Below, piece by piece: positions 51,501-64,000 of a DNA stretch of 64,000 nucleotides. Source of the stretch: Oculina patagonica (Eukaryota); NCBI RefSeq assembly GCF_052425735.1, contig NC_135765.1, forward strand, positions 2,542,001 through 2,606,000, given 5' to 3'. Under the pieces are notes generated by a model. The model saw only the letters and a list, made by a program, of their open reading frames with translations, made no database searches and was not told where the DNA came from. Each line of letters begins with the position of its first letter. Positions within the stretch are counted from its first letter, which is position 1. A program made the translations under genes and the position numbers.

Positions 51501-54500
51501 CTCCATTTATTTCAACATATTGCACACTAGGCAACTCTTCTTTGTCTTCGCCATCCTTGTTTGGTTCTCGTGGTGCCGCGAATGGACCGCCATCTTCGAG
51601 CCAGTTTTTTACGCCATTGTCCTCCTTTGGTTCTAATTCCTCAATTGCGTCTACCTCAACATCCCTGAATAGCCCATTTGTTGTTGGCCCCGGTTATTTT
51701 CCTATCCCTGAGAAGCTGGTGACGAAAATTAGGTCTGGCCAATTTGTTGATCTTGCCGACTTGCTGGCTGAAAACTTAAAAGCCCAGGACACAGAGCCCC
51801 CAATGTACTTTGATGGCAAACTTCTCGTGAGTTCTTCTAAGAAAAGGGTGCAAGAGATCACTGATATCATGACATGGGTTGAGGCATTCACCATGTATTC
51901 GTGGATTTTATGTTGCGCTCATCCTTCCAGGTGGCAGGACATGACACAATACAAGCTACTAATTCTTAAGACATCGCGCCAGTTCCCTGGGAAGGCCTGG
52001 CTCCACTACGATATTGCATTCCGCAAGGACGCAGCTGCAGCAGGTTTGGTGGATTGGTCTCGTATGAATCTGGATTTATACAACTTCCATACTCTTGCGT
52101 CACCTCTTCCTCAGTCTAGCCAGCAGCCAACCACTTCATCTCCAGCTTCAACGTCGATAGCCAGTTCGTCCACCTTTTGCCGATCTTGGAATGATGGCAC
52201 CTGTCGCTGGACCTTTGGTCAATGCCGGTACCGACATCGCTGTGAGAAATGTGAAGGTGATCATCCACGCGTCAATTGTCCCTTTCGGGCCTCAACCTCT
52301 CTTTACCGGCGCTCCCAGTCAACTCCCCCATCCCAAAGCAAACGTCAGCGGCGTTGAAGTGGGACCCAAACCATCTGTAAATAGTGTACATTCTTTTCGT
52401 TCAGTTTCCTCTTCAAATTGTTTGATTCCTATTCCTGTTAATGTTGTTGTTCATGCACCACAAGATGCTTTTGGTAGTGGCATGCCCTCCGCAATGGCAC
52501 CCCATACTTTCCCCTCTCGCTCCTTTTCCACGTTGGGCACCTCGCAGCAAGACCTCGTCCCCCCATCTAGAGTAACACCCATAGACGCGGAAAAACTTCG
52601 ACATGAACTGTGTTCTTACCCCGACCAATCGCAAGTGGATTATGTAATTGCAGGCCTCACAAATGGTTTTCATCTTGGTTTTGATCCTCTGGCTATATCT
52701 TTAAAATCGGAAAATAAAAATATGCCTTCAGCATCCCTTCAGCCGTCCGTCATCGACCAGTATCTCCTCACGGAACTCGACAAAGGCCGTGTAGCTGGCC
52801 CCTTCGCTATAGCCCCTATCCCAAACCTCCACGTGAGTCGCTTTGGAATTATCCCAAAGAAGTACCAGCCTGGAAAATGGCGGCTTATCTTGGATTTGTC
52901 TAGTCCTTTAGGCCATAGTGTCAATGACGGCATTCCCAAAGAACCCCCTTTTCAGTGCAGTACATGAAGGTTGATGATGTCATCAGCGGGATCATGCTTC
53001 ACGGTAGAGGAACACTGATGGCAAAGTTCGATGTGGAAAGTGCTTATCGCAATGTCCCTGTCCATTCTGATGATCGTTACCTGCTTGGTATGAAGTGGCG
53101 CGAAAAATATTTTATTGATATGGCGCTTCCATTTGGACTACGCTCCGCTCCATTCATCTTCTCCTCCATTGCAGATATGCTCGAGTGGATCCTGAAACAC
53201 AATTACAATGTGAATTTTCTATTACACTACCTGGATGACTTCCATACGTTGGGCCCTCCTAATTCACCTGTCTGCCAGAACAATATTGATACTTGTGTTA
53301 AGCTATTTAAAAAGTGGGGAATCCCTCTTCACCCGAACAAACTGGAGGGGCCATCCACTTGTTTAACGGTGCTCGGTATTGAGCTTGATTCTCTTGCACT
53401 TCAGGCCCGTCTGCCACGTGATAAGTTTGATCGTATTGCTGCTCTTCTTGAATCCTGGTCCCTCAAACAACATTGCACTAGGAAGGAGCTGGAATCTCTC
53501 ATTGGCAATCTTCAACACGCATGCAAAGTAGTTCCTCAGGGGCGTACCTTCTTGCGGCGCATGATTAATTTATTGTCAGCCTTCCGACGTGATGACCACC
53601 CGATTAGGCTCAACCAAGACTTTCGCTTAGACCTTCGTTGGTGGCGAGAATTTTTCCATTCTTGGGATGGTCTCAGTTTCCTGCTCTCCCCACAGTGGGC
53701 GACCTTACCTGATTTTTCCGTTTCCTCAGATGCTGCTGGTGCCAAGGGTTATGGTGCAATCTTTGATCATGAATGGTTCGTGGGTGAATGGTCAGCTGCT
53801 CAGCATCCCTTGGCAATTGCGTACAAAGAGCTGTTTCCCGTGGTTATTGCAGCTTCCTTATGGGGCCACCGATGGGCTTCAAAACGAGTTGAGTTCTGCT
53901 CCGACAACATGGCGGTCGTTAGTGTCTTGCGTTCAGGCACCACGAAGGATCCGAACATGATGGTTCTTCTCCGTCACCTATCACTTGTGGCAGCCCGACA
54001 TTCCTTTGCCTTTACTGCCTCTCATACACCGGGTAAAGACAACTCCATTGCTGATGCCTTATCTCGTTTTGACTTTCAGCGTTTCCATCATCTTGCTCCT
54101 CACGCAGCTCCTGGGGCAACTCCAATTCCTTCAACGCTGCTAGCTCAGCTGCCCGTACTTTGACAGACAAATGCCAGTTCTACTTGACCAATGGCCTCAC
54201 CTTCTACTCGCCAAGTTTATGCTTCTGCTCAACGTCAATTCTTAGAATTTTGTAGTCAGGATACTCCCATCGAGCCAAGTCAGCCCATTTTACCAGCCAG
54301 TGAACAAACTCTGATGCGCTTCTGTACTCATTTAGCAGATCGTCTTCACCATTCTTCCATTAAAGTATATTTGTCTGCAGTCCGTTCTTTACATATTGAC
54401 TATGGCTTCTCGGACCCAATGGTCAATCGTCTTCAACTTCAGCGTCTCCTTCGGGGGATCAAACGACACAAGGGCTCAAATCTCCCTCAGCGCCAGCCAG

Positions 54501-55830
54501 TGACAGCTGACCTTATGTCTGTTTTGCACAAGTCTTTAGATTTTACTAACCCTGACAATGTCATGCTATGGGCAGCCTGCTGTCTCGGCTTCTTTGGGTT
54601 TCTTAGAGCTGGAGAATTTACAACAAATGGTACCTTTGATCCAACTGTGCACCTGACAGCAGCAGATCTTCAAGTAGACTCCTCCACAAATCCCCAAAGC
54701 TTTAGAGTGTTGATCAAGTGCTCAAAGACTGACCCTTTCAGGCAGGGTTGTTTCATCTATCTTGGCCGTGGTTCCTTGCCTCTCTGTCCTGTGACTGCAT
54801 TAACAAACTACCTTCATCTTCGCGGGCCAGGCACCGGACCTCTCTTTATTCACCAAGATGGCTCTCCTCTTTCTCGATCGCGGCTTTCCTCGTTTCTTCA
54901 AACCACTCTACAGGCAGCAGGAATTCCTGGAAAGTTTTCAGGGCATAGCTTTAGAATTGGAGCCGCAACAACTGCTGCGCAGAGAGGTGTTCCTGACCAT
55001 CTCATTAAGACAATGGGTCGCTGGTCGAGTGATGCTTACCTGTTATATGGGCGCACGCCTGTGGAAACCATCCTTTCAGTAGCTGAAAGACTTGCCTAAC
55101 AGGTATGGTGTTTCACTTATCACTTATTTGCCGGTTACTGGGTGCCTCCGGATTTGGGCAGTTTTTCTCGGGTCTCTGGCTCTCCCATCCATGAGCCCCT
55201 CTTTCTCCGAGCTTGCTAGCGCGCTGCTCGGAGGTCCTCCGGCTTGGCGTGGGGGCTCATGGCTGGCTTGCCAGGATTTGCCAGCCATGGGAGCAGTCTC
55301 CATCTAGGAGCTGGCTGCCAATAGTGGAAGCTCCTGGATGCCGCAGGCACCCAACCTCCATTTTGCGATGCAGTTGTTAAATGCAGTTAAATGCAATTTA
55401 ACAGAGTTAACAACAAAGAGCGCCAGTGTTGTTTGGAGTCAGCGGTGTTTCATACATGGGCATGCGCCAGATCCCATGTGCTCTTCGACTGAAGTGTGCT
55501 TTGAGCGTTTGCGGACGTAAGCGTGTTTATTAGCGTGGCAGTTCATGGGACCTCATCTTCAAGGCTTCCCCCCCCCCTCTTCCCTCCCTCTTTCCACTGT
55601 TCGTGCAGTGTGACGGGTGCCTGCCCTCCCTACTGCGTGGGGGCTCATGGCTGGCTTGCCAGGATTTGCCAGCCATGGGAGCAGTCTCCATCTAGGAGCT
55701 GGCTGCCAATAGTGGAAGCTCCTGGATGCCGCAGGCACCCAACCTCCATTTTGCGATGCAGTTGTTAATGTCATTTACAGGGTCGCCTTTGCTTAAATTT
55801 TGACATGATAATAATAATAATAATAATAAT

Positions 55831-55863
<33 letters not shown>

Positions 55864-58800
55864 TTGTTTATATAGCATTATTTCTATCGCTATCCAATAG
55901 CGCTTTACAAGATTAACCGTAACAATGTTCAAGAGCTGATAATCGCTGAAAAAATTAGAACATCTCAAACGAGCACAATTTGGTAGCTCATACATCACTG
56001 TAGCATGATAATAACGAGATGAACTGAATTGATTAATTGAACACCTCCTGCCTACCATGCAGACATAAGCATAACATTACACCCAGTTAACATACAAACA
56101 CCACTAGTGAAAAGAGCATTTTTTTACGTTTTTGTATTTATGAATACTAAATTACCAACAGCAGGCATTATGTGAGATCAGTGACCAACCTTCAGCTTAG
56201 AGATCATATTTTTCTCTGAGTCATCAGAGATGCTCTTTCCTAGAAGAAGTCTCTTGGCCAGATGTTGTTTGTAATATCTTTCGAAAACATCCTAATAACA
56301 CAACAGCTTTGTTAGTGTCAACCTCCTTACAAAGTACTGCAATATTTGTTTTTTATCATAGAAAAAAAAGCAAACCTAGCAACCAACACAGACTCACACA
56401 ATGTTGTTTTATTTAACTATTTTCACTTAACTTGCAGGCCAGGTCAGTTCTGGCCTAGAAATTACAATTGTACTTTCACTTCAAATCTGCAAACATGTGC
56501 AAGCATAAAATATATTTTATATTAAGCTCACCTTTTCTTGAAGAAATCTGAAAAGCACCATACATTTATCCAATACAGTTTCTACTTCTTGCTCAGAAAG
56601 CTGAAAGGAAAGCCAGGAAACCATTGTTAAATGGATGAGAAAGTAAATTTGTTGTATTTTTTTCCTGCTAATATGTGAAGTGAACTTACAAGATTATCAG
56701 AACTTCACATCACCAAATAAATTGAATGTACAAATATGTATCTCACATTCTTGTTGGAATAAACTGTGGTAGATCATACCATTTTACAGAATAAAAGACC
56801 AGAAACAAAGGATCCCCAAAAACAAAGAGGGCAAATAAAGTAAAACTTCACAGCTTACCCCCTTTACACCTTTCTTCAGTTTGTCGTCAACAAAGAGAGA
56901 CAAAAATTCAGGCGATTTTCCATTGAGATTGAGAAAATGTTCAAATTCCTGAAAGTGAAGCACAAAACAACAAATTAACTTCTTGCATAACAAGTTAACT
57001 AACAATCTATTCTATGTTGTATATTTACTGCAACTTTCTAGTTATGAACATAACATCCTTTAATTTCACCTATTACTAAAAGTTCTGAACAAAAGTAAGT
57101 TTCCCCCTCTCGACTCATGAGAAACGAAATATATCTTGAGAGAAACTGAGACACATCTTGTTTCTCTCAAAAATCCCTGAACTGTTTAGAGCAGTTTTCA
57201 ATTGAGTGTCGTAAAACCAAAACCAAAGTAATCACTCTGGCCAATCACAAAGGACACAGACAATCAGGTAAACCAATCAAAACTTGAAGCAAATACATGT
57301 AGCTGGCACGAAGCGCGGGAAAACGTGCACAAGCGAGTCAGGATTGGTTTTGGTTTTACTTCTGATTGGCTGAGAAAGTGGCGTGTGAGTTTTAAACCAA
57401 TCACTGAGCGTAGTAATGCAAAACCAAAGCAAACGCAATTTACTTTCGACACTCAAGTGAAAACCGCTCTAGTATGGAATGTATTTCTTGCAAGTACATG
57501 TAGCTAGTGACAATGGTATGCATCAAAATGAACTTATATAAACTTACTGAAGATATTGCCTGCTTGAATAATCTGTCATTACTGAAGGAATTGTTCAAAA
57601 AATGATCAAATCTGTCCTTTAAGTCTAGAAGACTCTGAAATAAACAAACATAAACTGTGAGTAGACAATCAATTACATGAATAAACACCAGGCAATACAC
57701 ATTGCCAGTAAAACATTGTCTTTCAGTTCATTGCCATATAAGCAATTTGTACTCATATTTAAACAGCATGTGCTTAGAAGAATTGGTATAAAATAAACCA
57801 CTAACCTGAATGTAGGTGATGGGGTTTTTACAACTTTCCCCTTCCTCTTCTACGACAAGAGCTTTCCCTTGTTCTCGTAAATATCCTCTCATGCAGTCAC
57901 ATACTGTCTTCAAGCCATCCTTAACTCTGACAAAGAGACGGTACATTCTTGCCAGATCTGAATGTAAAACAGAGAAATTAATATTCAGATTGTGGATTTT
58001 TGTGAAATGATTTTTAAATCTTTTTCTCTGTCAAGTTAACAACAAGCATGCAATAATAAAACTTGAGCATTGTGTCATTCATTCAATAGAGTGATACCCT
58101 ATTCTCACTTAATTTCGCGAGTACTAAATTTCGCGATTAAATTTAATACTTGCGAAATATACGACACGCGAAGTTTAAAATCATGAAATTTAATATCGTA
58201 CTATTATAAAAAAAGCTAATGAAACTCGATGTGTTTTATCATAGTTATTTTAACATGTCTGAGCTTCATGTTTAGGAGTTTTTTGTTTAATTTTGTCCAT
58301 AAGTTATCTTCCACTCCATCAGTCGCACTGTTCGAACTGTTCTCTGCCGTTGTTCACTTCCTGGAGCAGACAATTCAGGACTATTTAAATAGTTACAAAT
58401 GAGCCCAGTTGAATGATTTGCATTCTGTTCTGGATTAATAAAAGTAATGATCATTTTTTGAGCAGAATACTTCAGTCATTTTGACTGTTATATAGGTTTA
58501 TTGTGACAAAGCATAAAACATTGTGGACAAATAAAATAACGTAACAACAATAAGTGCAAGATGGAAGCAAACAAACCTTCTATTTTGTTATGTTTGAGCA
58601 TATGAATAACACCAGAGTTTTCCATTTCTACCACTGTTTTCATGTGCTTGCGTATTAACTCCTCTTCCACAACCTGTATAAGTAATTATCCTTTTTTAAC
58701 TACATTGTAATAAACCAAACATTCTTTGGCATTTCTCATATACAATGTAAATACCAGGAATTTTAACGTTTCCCACTTCAGTGGCTTATAGCAGTTTTCA

Positions 58801-61800
58801 CAAACATGCGAACTCTGAAGTTCAAAACCCAACTAACAATTGCATTTTTGCTGCCATCAATCATAATTATGGTGACAACCAACGAACCTTGAAAAAAAAA
58901 TTGATCAAAATCTACAAATCATAACCGACAGATGTGACCTTTTGACCCAGTTGAAGTGAACTTCTGTTTCCTGAGAGGTCCACTAAGATGATTGACGGCA
59001 GCAAAAAGCGTAAATGGTTGGTTGAGGTTTGAATTTCAGAGTTCATGTTTGTGAAAACTGCAATAAAGAGAAGAATGTTACCTTAACAATAGGGTCCTCA
59101 GTGGTGGGATCCAGGTAATGTTTGGCCCGTTCTGATTCTTCATTTATTCTGGCTTCAACCTGATGGAATATCATTGAAAGTCAATTTTTTATTATACCTC
59201 TAACAGAATAAGAACAAGACAAAACTTAATTTGAATTCTTCCAACTAACAAACCTTCTGGATATATACTGATGCACTGTTTTCTGCAAGGAACTTTTGAC
59301 CTTCTAACTGTTAAGAAAAAAGCAAGAAAAAACAATAAATAAAATAATTTCTCACACACAATTGGGAGTCATGCCAAGTTGAACCAAGTAACAACATCCC
59401 CTCGACCACCACCACTTCACCCACATTCTTAGTTGGTGCAAGTGTCTGAGAAAAACACCTTCTACTTCATTCCTACTGCAGCCAACCACAAATGTGTGTA
59501 TATGTGTGGATGTTGTGGTTAAATTTTACCCTTGTACAATCTGGTATTTTCCTTTGTTTGATATTCATTATGATCATATATTACCATACACCAGAACAAA
59601 GGAAACTACCAAACTGTACTAAGGGTAAAATTGAACCACAACATAGATGTGTGTGAATAATTAAAATGTCTGCAAAGTAGAGATTCAGATTATCAAGGTT
59701 TGACTGCATTGTTCAGAGTCAGTTAATGACACCAGCCGTACAGTAAGGTTCCTACTTTGTAGAATTCTGCAGATTCTTCAAGGAAAGGCTTCTCAAAGTC
59801 CTCTTCATAAACACTTCTAGTGTCTATACCCAATATCATCAACATTTGACAAGCATTTCTGATGGCCATCCTTTAAAATGAAATAAAAGGACAAATTTTT
59901 AACTGCATATTCACTTAAACAAAGGAAGGGAATGAAATAGGAGGGAAGTAATTGTCAGGGTTTAAAAATGTAAAGCCTTGTGACTTGAACAAGATAATGA
60001 TGTTAATAAAAGGCGTGCAAACTACCTGTCAACAACTTCTCCTTTACGCTCTCTTCTGACCAGCGTCAGCAATGTTTGACAAAGATCATCTCTTATGTTA
60101 CCGTACCTCACCACCTTCAAACAATAAGATGTACATAAAATGTAATTTGATGAAGATTTTAGACAAAGCTAATTGTTGAGCCTGTACATCACAGTGCTAG
60201 AAATTAGCACCTGCCTGCTCACCCACGCAAGTGTCAGAGGGGCCAGGCCAGTGCAAATCAATTTTTCTGGAGAGAATTTTGGGTAAGTGAAATCTAATCC
60301 AGGCAAGCATATTCCGAGAGTCACTCACCCAAATGCTGAGTGCTCTCAAAATTAAGTTTCCAACACTGACATCACTACTGGGTAAAAAGAGGCATTGTAA
60401 GAAATGTCTTGCTCACAAACACAGCAGATTGACCCCAGACAGGGTCCTGGCCTAGATCGCTTGATCTGGAGTCTGGTACACTAACCATTATACCACAGTG
60501 CCTCCCATAAACTCAGATGGTCCCTTAGTTAATGATTTTCTTTATTCTTGTCACTAGTCTGATCAATAATGTACAAATTTTGTAAGAGAATTAGATGAAT
60601 TCTGATCACTTCTGAATTAGATCTCGCTGATCAGCACAATGTGCGATCAATGATAGAATGCACATGGCTTAGGAGCTTTTGGTCTCAGACATTCTAAAAA
60701 CTCTGCACGGGAAATCAAGTTAAAAACAGAGCTATCTCTCAAAAAACTTAATCAGAAAAATCATGAATAGCTCACCAAGTCCCTGAAAAGGATTAATCCT
60801 AAGTTGTAAACATTATCGACACCATTTTGTTGAACATATACTCTATCCTGTGAAAACAATGAAATAACATTCCAATTAAAATTTTATCACAGAATGCATT
60901 GCATAGTGATTGTGTAAAGGGGCCAGGTGGGAGTATCCAATCAACAACAAAGTGTACAAACCAGGCTGCAGTAATGAGTAAACAACATCCAACAATGTCC
61001 ATGTTTTACAAGACTGAAGTTTTTTGAAGGTAATTTTGTGTATCACATTTCATTTTACAACAGTTAAAGGTAGAACTCATCGATTTTATATTGACTTACT
61101 CCTAATACTTTTACAGCGGAGATGGTAGCACATTTGCACCATTCACAACCTCCAACAAGCAGTCCCAGCCACATACAACTGCACAGACATTGCATGTATG
61201 CACACTTCAACCTTCCATAAACAGACCCCTTTCCTAAGTGGGCACTTGTTTCAGGTCCCAAAAAAAACTTAAAAAACTCTGAGCCTATAAACGACTGAAC
61301 CCATGACCATCATATATTGGTGCAAACACATTTACCACTTCGCTGTGAAGCCACTAGGAGCAGGAAAAAGATGTGATGAGACAGTATTTTGTTTGCAAAC
61401 ATACCATGTACATGAGAATATCTCTAATCATCACCATTGATGTTTGATGATCATTCCAAGCAGCATTCAGTGTGTCCAGGAAATTATTGTTGAGTGAAAC
61501 CACTACATCTTTGCGTATCTTGAAGTGTCAAGACAACAAAAAAAGAAACAAGTCTAAACTAATGTACTGAATAAAAGAAGATTACTTGTTTCACGATAAA
61601 AAGCAAGTGGAAGGTTAACAGATTGGTATGTTCAATAGCAATAGCAGTTTTTGTTCTCTTTTGAAATAATTGAACAAAAATTGGGAAATCAATGTACAAT
61701 AATTTTGTGTAGATGTTGATACCTTTTCTACCAAATGCTCTGTAACAACTTGCTTGAGTCCCGAGTATAACCTCTCTCCATGCTTGTGTAACACCATAGT

Positions 61801-62416
61801 GTATGCATTTCTGTTAATTTCAAATCAAAACTTGCTGTCAACATGACGTTCATGTAGTTCTTACACACAAACTGAAAAACTCTTCCAGACATACCTTATT
61901 ATAGGAAATTAAGGATACGTTATTAACGCGAATTTCAAAAATTCACGTTAATTTTATGTATGTTAACTTTTTTACTATAAGCATTTGACCAGAACTTTTC
62001 CTAAATTCACGTTAATTTTATTACCCGTAAATTTTGTTCGCGTTGTTAAAATGCCTCCTTATATTCCTATAATAAGGTAGATTGTATCCCTCTTATCTCA
62101 TGGTTATAATTGGTGAATTAATTTAGTTGCAAGAAAATAGGAATATTTTTTCGATGATGACGAGCAAGCAAAGCACTCTGATCTGTTGTTGAAATTATCA
62201 TTAATGCACAAGACTGATGTACGTACATGTGAAGGAGAGAATTGGAATCCACAGCCAGAAAACAGTTCAGTTTACAAATGGATTTAAACATTATTTATAC
62301 ACGTACCTGTACAATTCTTCAAAACTCAGGCCACTGTTGTTCTTTTTCTGAATCTCCTGGATGGCATTCTTCAGTAAATTCCAGATATCTTCAACATACT
62401 TGTCATCCATAGTCAT
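45544..62416 (-). CDS. CUL3: Cullin-3 (24 exons in window, ~735 aa; first exon not found)
   Basis: Exons 62307-62416 ([37 protein letters not shown]), 61723-61810, 61405-61518, 60776-60847, 60026-60114, 59756-59870, 59254-59307, 59082-59159, 58577-58673, 57806-57957, 57548-57634, 56859-56948, 56532-56600, 56190-56291, 50685-50792, 49981-50105, 49380-49431, 49196-49237, 48865-48966, 48364-48481, 47822-47890, 47657-47729, 47369-47545, 45544-45568; sum 2208 nt in frame; neddylation motif IVRIMKARK; ends RKVYVYVA*. Confidence 0.97.
47546..47656 (-). other. U12-type (minor spliceosome) GT-AG intron in CUL3
   Basis: 5' splice site GTATCCTTT; branch point TTCCTTAAC (plus 47555-47563) 9 nt from the intron 3' end; no polypyrimidine tract. 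Confidence 0.93.
48537..48714. mobile_element. Tc1/pogo-type MITE in CUL3 intron
   Basis: TACAGTCAACTCTC...GGGAGTTGACTATA with repeated TATTACGGACAC. Confidence 0.7.
49065..49193. other. Assembly gap (129 N)
   Basis: Run of N starting immediately after the GT of a CUL3 donor. Confidence 1.
51156..52357 (+). CDS. Ngaro gag-like protein (split by a frameshift near 51485)
   Basis: Ser/Pro-rich N-terminus, WLHYDIAFR, and C-terminal Zn finger CRSWNDGTC...[19 protein letters not shown]. Confidence 0.85.
52191..54163 (+). CDS. Ngaro reverse transcriptase/RNase H (frameshift near 52945)
   Basis: [33 protein letters not shown]; RNase H residues [27 protein letters not shown]. Confidence 0.95.
54191..55099 (+). 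CDS. Ngaro tyrosine recombinase
   Basis: [23 protein letters not shown] and [11 protein letters not shown] give a complete R-K-H-R-W-Y catalytic set. Confidence 0.95.
   Translation: MASPSTRQVYASAQRQFLEFCSQDTPIEPSQPILPASEQTLMRFCTHLADRLHHSSIKVYLSAVRSLHIDYGFSDPMVNRLQLQRLLRGIKRHKGSNLPQRQPVTADLMSVLHKSLDFTNPDNVMLWAACCLGFFGFLRAGEFTTNGTFDPTVHLTAADLQVDSSTNPQSFRVLIKCSKTDPFRQGCFIYLGRGSLPLCPVTALTNYLHLRGPGTGPLFIHQDGSPLSRSRLSSFLQTTLQAAGIPGKFSGHSFRIGAATTAAQRGVPDHLIKTMGRWSSDAYLLYGRTPVETILSVAERLA
55807..55863. repeat. (ATA)n microsatellite
   Basis: About 19 ATA units with one interruption, ~40 bp from the Ngaro right end. Confidence 0.95.
57187..57471. mobile_element. Short interspersed TIR repeat in CUL3 intron (related reverse fragment ~49490-49630)
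   Basis: TAGAGCAGTTTTCAATTGAGTGTCG...CGACACTCAAGTGAAAACCGCTCTA. Confidence 0.8.
61892..62079. mobile_element. Small MITE in CUL3 intron
   Basis: TACCTTATTATAGGAA...TTCCTATAATAAGGTA. Confidence 0.7.
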
Positions 62417-64000
62417 CTAATCAGACAAAAAAAAAACATTACATTAGCACTGCATGGAGGATAGAAAAGAACAGCCACATGTGAGGACAATCAATTATTA
62501 TTCTTAAAATTACATAGATGGATATGACTTTAGGAAGGAAAAATTGCACAACACAAGTCATCATTCTTGGTAGACAAAATGTACATACATACATGTAAAC
62601 TTAATTTCACCTCAGATTGTTATGTAGAAGCAGTATGTGTATATTACATTTAAATTAATAAAATAAACAATCATGACCAATCCATAATAACATATAATAG
62701 AACATTAAAATACTTGTTAAAAGTACTTGATGAATAGAATTGATACATGCATTATAAAATAATTTATACAATAAAGGCACATGAAAACAGTTTTAGGGAA
62801 GAACATTGCTTTCGAGAACACAAGTTAGCACAAAATACAGACATGCAAGATAATTATAATACCTCTGTCAGTGAAATACAATTCTGTTGTAGATAGAGAT
62901 AGTAATAAATATATAGGATTGCCAGAATTACATCTGAATTATTCTATAAATTTACAGGTACAAGACTGATATAAAATAATTAATGCAGAAGAAAAATCTA
63001 AAAATAGGGTGTTGATTCCCAAAATAACCTGCTTTGAATAAATAAACAACATTTAAAAACTAGTTAAAACCCATCAGCTTATTTTCTAATTTGACATAAT
63101 CAATGGTCACAGCTGTAGTTTAAAAAGTCACTTGCCAACCTCAAGAAAGTATTTCAAGTTAATTTTCAGATTATTTCAAGTTCAGAGACAGGATTGGCAA
63201 GAGGAAACTACATAAAGTTTTTAAGTAAAAAAACGTGCCAAATTAATATTATTTTTAATTATTTATGAATGTAAAACCAAAACATTCAAGGCACAGTGAT
63301 CATTGCCCAGGGGAAGGGGGGGGGGGGGCTCAAAGAAAATAGAGAAAGGGAAGGACAGTTTTTCTTGGGGGGGGGGGAGGGGGTTAAAAATGTTTGCCAA
63401 TATTTCTAAGATGAGTCAAGTTGTATGTTAAGTAATAATCAATACTATACTGTTGCAAGAATTTTTTTAGCTAATCAAAAATGGTTACCAAAACACTGAA
63501 ATGCACTAATTTTCAGAGACTCAACCTGAAAAATGCCTAGCTAATGACAAAGCTCTCCAGAGATTTGAATTGTTTCAAGTGGCTTGTTTCCTGCTGAAAA
63601 CCAGGAACAACCAATCAAAGATGATGTATACTGCAGACCTCAGAAGGCCTGTGACTTCAGTTTGAAATTTTTTGGTTCAAATCTTGCACATCTCTCAAAG
63701 AATTCACACAAGAGAGGATCTGCTTACTCTGGCTAACAAAACAGCTGAATGTGGCTCTCAGTTACTTATGCACATTTTTTTTTTTCATTTACTTGCAGAC
63801 GAAAAATAGGTGAGGGAAGGTGGGAATGTAAGGGGGTTTTTGGCCTAATAACGACATCACAGAGGTCATATTGAGATTAAATATTTTATTGCACATGTAT
63901 GCTCTGTCACTAATAAACTGCTACTGATATGGCTATTAGCAACAGCATTAGCCTGTTTTTTTGTGTGTGTGTTTTTTTAAAGGGTACATCCTGTAGGAAA

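Larger units (their letters stand above)
50878..55768 (+). mobile_element. Ngaro-type tyrosine-recombinase retrotransposon (DIRS order), full length, antisense in a CUL3 intron
   Basis: Split direct repeats A1 50878-51074, B1 55247-55380, A2 55377-55573, B2 55635-55768 around gag, RT/RNase H and YR; no methyltransferase domain seen. Confidence 0.95.

Noticed and set aside
50878-55768. Prophage/integron, or piggyBac because of TTAA ends
   Set aside because: The gag, RT/RNase H, YR order with split direct repeats and no TIRs identifies a Ngaro-type retroelement.
55771-56058. Poly-Ile ORF
   Set aside because: Translation of the (ATA)n microsatellite.

Overview
Eukaryotic, intron-rich animal DNA; the repeat families and gene structures suggest a stony coral or related cnidarian (inference). 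Host genes, all on the minus strand: exon 1 of a clan-3-like cytochrome P450 (217-558), a 3-exon CHST11/12/13-type carbohydrate sulfotransferase (27636-31937), and 24 exons of cullin-3 (45544-62416; exon 1 not found, probably beyond the window). CUL3 contains a U12-type minor intron and carries an antisense, recently inserted Ngaro-type tyrosine-recombinase retrotransposon (50878-55768) with split direct repeats and TTAA at all junctions. The least explained structure is a 7.25-kb element (35625-42874) with 39-bp TIRs and a TAA target duplication. It has palindrome-core minisatellites inside both ends, no visible transposase, and a 2-exon Cys-rich double-SAP-like cargo gene. A 4.2-kb array of about 72 near-identical 58-bp G-quadruplex/hairpin units (9243-13438) explains the six long spurious ORFs and abuts an older degenerate hairpin array. 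Many MITEs and SINE fragments fill the rest. Everything was read by eye; no database search was run.
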